Positions 58,976 to 64,000 of a stretch of DNA of 64,000 bases are shown in pieces. Source of the DNA: Chrysomallon squamiferum. Lineage: Eukaryota; Animalia; Mollusca. The notes beneath the pieces were generated by a model. The model ran no database searches, was not told the origin of the DNA, and was given only the letters and a program-made list of their open reading frames with translations. The position numbers and the translations under genes are program-made. How positions within the stretch are numbered: the first letter of the stretch is position 1; each line of letters starts with the position of its first letter. The DNA is taken from positions 12,152,001 through 12,216,000 of the forward strand of contig CM022665.1 of the NCBI GenBank assembly GCA_012295275.1, given 5' to 3'.

Positions 58976-61900
58976 AATGAGTCATAGTTATATTAAACAG
59001 ATTGTGTTTTTAACTTGATTTCCATCTATATATTTATTATCTGCACTTCTATCTTTTTCATTTTTATGTTTTTTTATTATTATTTATCTTTTTAGCCAGC
59101 ATGCAGCAATAAACAGTAGTAAACATTTATTCTGTTTGGAAAATTAATGTAAAAAAAAAAAAAAAAAAAAGAAAGAAAGAAAGATAGAAAATATTTAATA
59201 AATTAAATTATGCTTTATTATTGATTTTCAGTTATTTTAAATAATGACAATATCCTGTATGTATCTCTCACTTGATATAGAAGAACCTTGTAAATTGAAG
59301 TTTAGTCAAAATTTAGTTTTAGTGATTTTGTAGTATGTAGTTACGTCTTGCATAGATCAAGATATAGTTTTATCCCAGTCTCAAATTTAAATTTATAAAC
59401 TACCAGATAACAGGAGAAAAAAAAAACTTGATACTGGTATGTGAGTAAGTCCTGCAAATTCAAGACATGGTTTTTATCTCAAATTTTACCAGATTATGTA
59501 GGATCTGTGCTTGAAACATTTTTTTTGAAATGAACATAATTCAATCAAGATTAAACAGATTAAGTTTTTAAAATTCTTGTATCCTGGTTCTTTATTACTG
59601 GAATATTAAATGTATCACTGACTTCAAATGTTACAAATTATAATAACTGATAATGTTACAAATGATAATATTTATAGCCTTGTCCAATAAATAAATCATT
59701 TTCGATGATTTTCAACACGAGTCCTTGCAAGTGTTTTTTCTAGATAAACATGTAGATATGATCCCAGTAAGTTTGAATGTTTATTGTTCAGTTGTAGGCA
59801 CTGAAGATGTTAATTTATTGTTTACCTGCTCTGTAAAAGCTGCTGTTGTCATCAACGATCATGTTTTATTTGTTATCTGACATTCAGATATATTACACAA
59901 AACTTATTTTTATATTCTCAAATTGAGAAAGAAAATGAAATAACTGGATGTTTTAGAATGGATAAGGTTTCTCACATGGTCATTTAAATTAAAATTGTTT
60001 AAATTTTCGGCATGTAAAATTGTAACTAGGTAACATTAAAAACATGTAAACATCTACAAAGAAAGTAAAATGCTTTCAGATTTGTGCATATGTATTGGAT
60101 TGGTTTCAAGACACAGAAATATAATTTAATGAAGAAGTGAAATTTTAAATTTGTGCATGCATCTCTCACAGTGTGAAAGAATTACTCGGTAACTGACCAG
60201 TTTTGAAAACTTTAGTCATGCCCAAGATAATGATACAAAACCATTCAGTCTACAATGTTACTGTTTTGATTAGTGCTGCCATCTCTTACACACCTCAGTT
60301 GTTCAGTGAATTAGTATTATACCTGCAGTGATCAGAGTCCAGTTACACATTTTTCAAAATCATTGAAAATATTGATAGGAAGGTTCTTCTTTCTATATGG
60401 CAAATAGCAAAAAGGAAAAACTAAAAATGTAGAGACTGATTTAAAAACATAAATATAACTTAGAAATAAATAGTATAGGCTGATAGTAATAAATACATGT
60501 CTAAGGGACAAGAAAGATGGGTTTCAGTGATAATATATGAAGAGTATTTAGATGAAAGAATTCTATATATATATTCTGCAATCATGGCATGTAGTGACAA
60601 AATACAATTAGATAAATTTCTATTTCTTCAGTCAATGATAAAACCTAGCTTTTGAGAACATTACTTCTTATATATACATACTACACAAAGCTGAACCTTT
60701 AAAAGACCATTTTGAAAAGTTTTTATTAAAGAAAATACTAATAACTTTTTTATTTTGATGTATAAATATAGGGACAGTGAATCTGCCACTGTCAAAAGCA
60801 ATCACTTGATTATTAAACAGTTAATTTTATTTACTTTTTGTATTTTTCAGGATAAAATAAATAACTTGTTACTGTCTTTAAGATATCAGCTTTATTCTCC
60901 TCAGGTTGAGTTGTCCAATGCTGCACAGCATTGCCTCACTGAATCAGATTATTCTTACCATTCGTGTGATAAAGCTGACATCTTAACACAATAATCAGTT
61001 GTTGCCTGTATACATACTCTAAAGTACACACATTACTGGCCACAGCTTTGTTACAAGTAGTCAAATTAAACATCTTTTACATGCAGTTTTTTTTTAACAA
61101 GTTAATATAGTTTGGTTTTTAACATTTTCTTTTTCTTTTTCTTTTTTTCTGTAGTTGAATTATCTGTGGATAAATTTAGATTATTACTGTTTATATAGTT
61201 GGGGGTTTTTGTTTGTTTTCCACACATTCATAACTGAATAAATATATTTGTTTTTAGATGAGTAAAAAAATGGTGCAAGTATTGGAGACAAATCATTTTG
61301 AACATATTGGTGGAGGTGGCTTAATAAAAATGATTCTTAGAAAGTGTGTGCACAAAAAACGGCATATTTGTGAAGGGGCCTGCTTTTTGGAACAAATATC
61401 CCTACATTAGTTTGTTCCTAAAACATTAGTCTTTCATTATTTTATTTGGGTTGAATCATGACAATATAAAATCAGCATTAACCTCGTATGTTTGAAATGA
61501 GTATGACTAATACTACTTTATTTTACGAGCATGGTAGTATTTTTATTGTCATCACTGATTTTTGTTTGTTTTATTTATTTATTTATTTTTAAATGATTTT
61601 TTTTTTTATTATTGGTAAATTCTTCTTCCTTTAAAAAAAAAAGGAAACAGAAAAAAAAAAGTTTTAATGTGTCGTAAAATTATATTAAAATTTGTTTCCA
61701 TTTATATATATATATATATATTCACAGCTGTTCATTTCAAACAGTTCAGTTTACCTAAATTTCTGTGCATATATAAAAAAATTAAATGTTAACACTGAAT
61801 TAGTTTATTAAATATAAATTAATTGAAATTCACATAACTTGAATCTGGCTTAATTAACAAATTACACGTGCATATGTGTGTGTGAGTTTTATCTAAAATA

Positions 61901-64000
61901 GCACTGGTTAGATTGACAAGAGAAATTTCAAATAATGTAAAAAAAAATTGAATTTTTTATTCCAATGGATAACCTTCACTGTTCATTTTCAATGCATTTC
62001 TGTTTTAATTTATTTTGTTTTGATTATCTTTATTATTATATATATATATTTATACTTTTTTTTTTAAATAGATTTTTTTGGTGTTTTGATGTTAAAAGAA
62101 ACACCAGTATAATCATGTTTCTAGCACTTTAAACAAAATAAGTCATGCATTTTGCAGACAGAACAAATAATTAGCATGGTTTGGTTCTTTTTTAAGATTT
62201 CTTCTATTTACTGTTTTCTACTTAATACACATTATCTTTTCATTTTAATAAATTTTGTTTCTATTTATTATTGTATGTTTACAAAATACTAATTAGTCTT
62301 AATGAATTTTGTTTTTATTTATTATTGTATGTTTACAAAACACAGATTAGTCTGAATAAAAAATTAAATATTATGTTTTTTTGTTAATCTAAGAAGTATA
62401 ATGTTTATTTGTTTTTTGTTTTGTTTTTGTTTTTCAAAAACCTTTTTTTTAATTATCTTTATTTAAGCAAATTCAGAAGGGATGTAACTCCAATAAATGT
62501 AAAAGTCAACCCATGTGGAATGGTTATGTCCTTTAACTTTAATTTATCAGTAAAGTATATTATTTCAGATATTAAAGAAGAAAAAAAAGTAAGTGTATTT
62601 AATTAAATATAAAAATGTTTTGTCAGTATTTATTAAAGTTGCACAAATAATCTTTTTTTTAATTATAAATAAAAGTATTAATACTTCTTGTTTTAAATAT
62701 TAAAGTAGAATATAGCCATTATGTACACATTCATTGTTTGTAGTATACTATATAACTGTATGTGTGTGCTAAAAACTATTTATTACCTTAGTATGCCGAG
62801 TGTCGACAAAACCAAACTTTGCTTGAGTGTTTTCCAAATAAAATGATTTTGTTGTATTGTTTGTTAGTGTTGCAGAAATGTATTATTCAGTGACTTCGAT
62901 CATTACCATCATTGATTCACAATATATTTTTTATTATCATGATAAGCTTCTTCAGGTAGAATATTTTAGTTAATATTGTTCTTGCCCTTTCCTAATTTTC
63001 TATTCACATTGTTATTCCCAGTCAGTATATTCATCACAACATAATTTCTGACATGAGAAAATAGCTGGTGCTTGACAACTAGTTTATTAAAATCAATGAT
63101 GTATCCTTTCCTATGAGTAGTAAGACATTCTTAAGATCGTTTCTGTTACTCATAGGAATAGTCCATGGAGTGGTGACATTGAGTTTCCAATTGCATGTTG
63201 CTGGTTCAGCATCTCCGATTTATAAATCTCTGAAAGCTTTTTGAACAGCTTAGGTAACGATAGCTTTTGTGCAGGGTTCATCATAGGATTAAACTGTTTG
63301 CATCATGCTATAATTATTGAAGATGTTGTATAAAATTATCTTCAAGCTTTATAGACAAACTATGTCAAATATAATTTTTTATATTTATTATTCATCAAAT
63401 TATTACATTCCAAAATTTGAGTATCTCAAAATATTTCTGATAGACAGTCAATCTGTATCTATTAAATGGTTAACTGACATCTCCCGTTACTATTAAAATG
63501 AGTTATTGTCTGTTCTTCAAGGAGATTCAGTGGTAAAGCACTAACTTTAGGAGCAAAGGCTTGCAAGATCAGTCATCTGAATGTTTCAGGCACTTTATAA
63601 TATCTATCTTTATACCAGTCACATTTTATTTTTATTTTTTTTTAATATATTTTTTTAAGTAATCATTAGTGCTAATAAACAGTCCTTTGATGCTAACTGG
63701 TAAGAGTAACTGACAGTATGGTGGGAACATCAAAAAAATATACGACTAATAATCATCATACATAAATAAAAAATAAAAATGGTGGAATTGTTAAACGTTT
63801 ATTCTCTATTTCTTTGTTTCAGAAATTTAATTTATAAAAAGTCAGAAACAAATGCAAATTTTGTTTTATTAATAAAATTTACTTATTTTTATATATACAT
63901 ATATATATATATATATATAAATATAAATAACAAAAAACAGGTCCTTTTCAGAAGTAATTTTAATGGTTTCCAATAATTTTGGAATAGCATAATTACAAAT

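Noticed and set aside
63101-63110. Isolated GTATCCTTTC U12-like donor and nearby minus-strand interrupted frames
   Set aside because: No supporting exon; the frames are stop-ridden, possibly a decayed retroelement, but not identifiable.

Overview
AT-rich, microsatellite-rich animal genomic DNA with spliceosomal introns. The repeat content suggests a mollusc, probably a gastropod (inference). Three multi-exon + strand genes could be assembled by hand with consistent splice phases. (1) A short, divergent Mondo/ChREBP (MLXIP-class) bHLH-ZIP gene at ~15.4-20.6 kb, ~286 aa. (2) A second short Mondo-class paralog at 35.05-39.63 kb, ~378 aa, with its own TATA/ZNF143-type promoter. (3) DCAF6 (IQWD1/NRIP) at 42.2-59.0 kb, 17 coding exons, ~1239 aa, including a 2,049-nt disordered exon. 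The most notable observation is that both Mondo paralogs keep the bHLH-ZIP and the C-terminal DCD/WMC domain and share a U12-type (minor spliceosome) intron at the same codon, yet appear to lack the N-terminal glucose-sensing MCR I-IV module. They begin at an MCR V-like remnant and so resemble gene-encoded ChREBP-beta-like factors. The window also holds hAT and pogo/Tigger-type non-autonomous elements, a LINE 3' fragment, a decayed tRNA-SINE, local duplications and a 52-bp minisatellite. Most ORFs in the supplied track are microsatellite artefacts.
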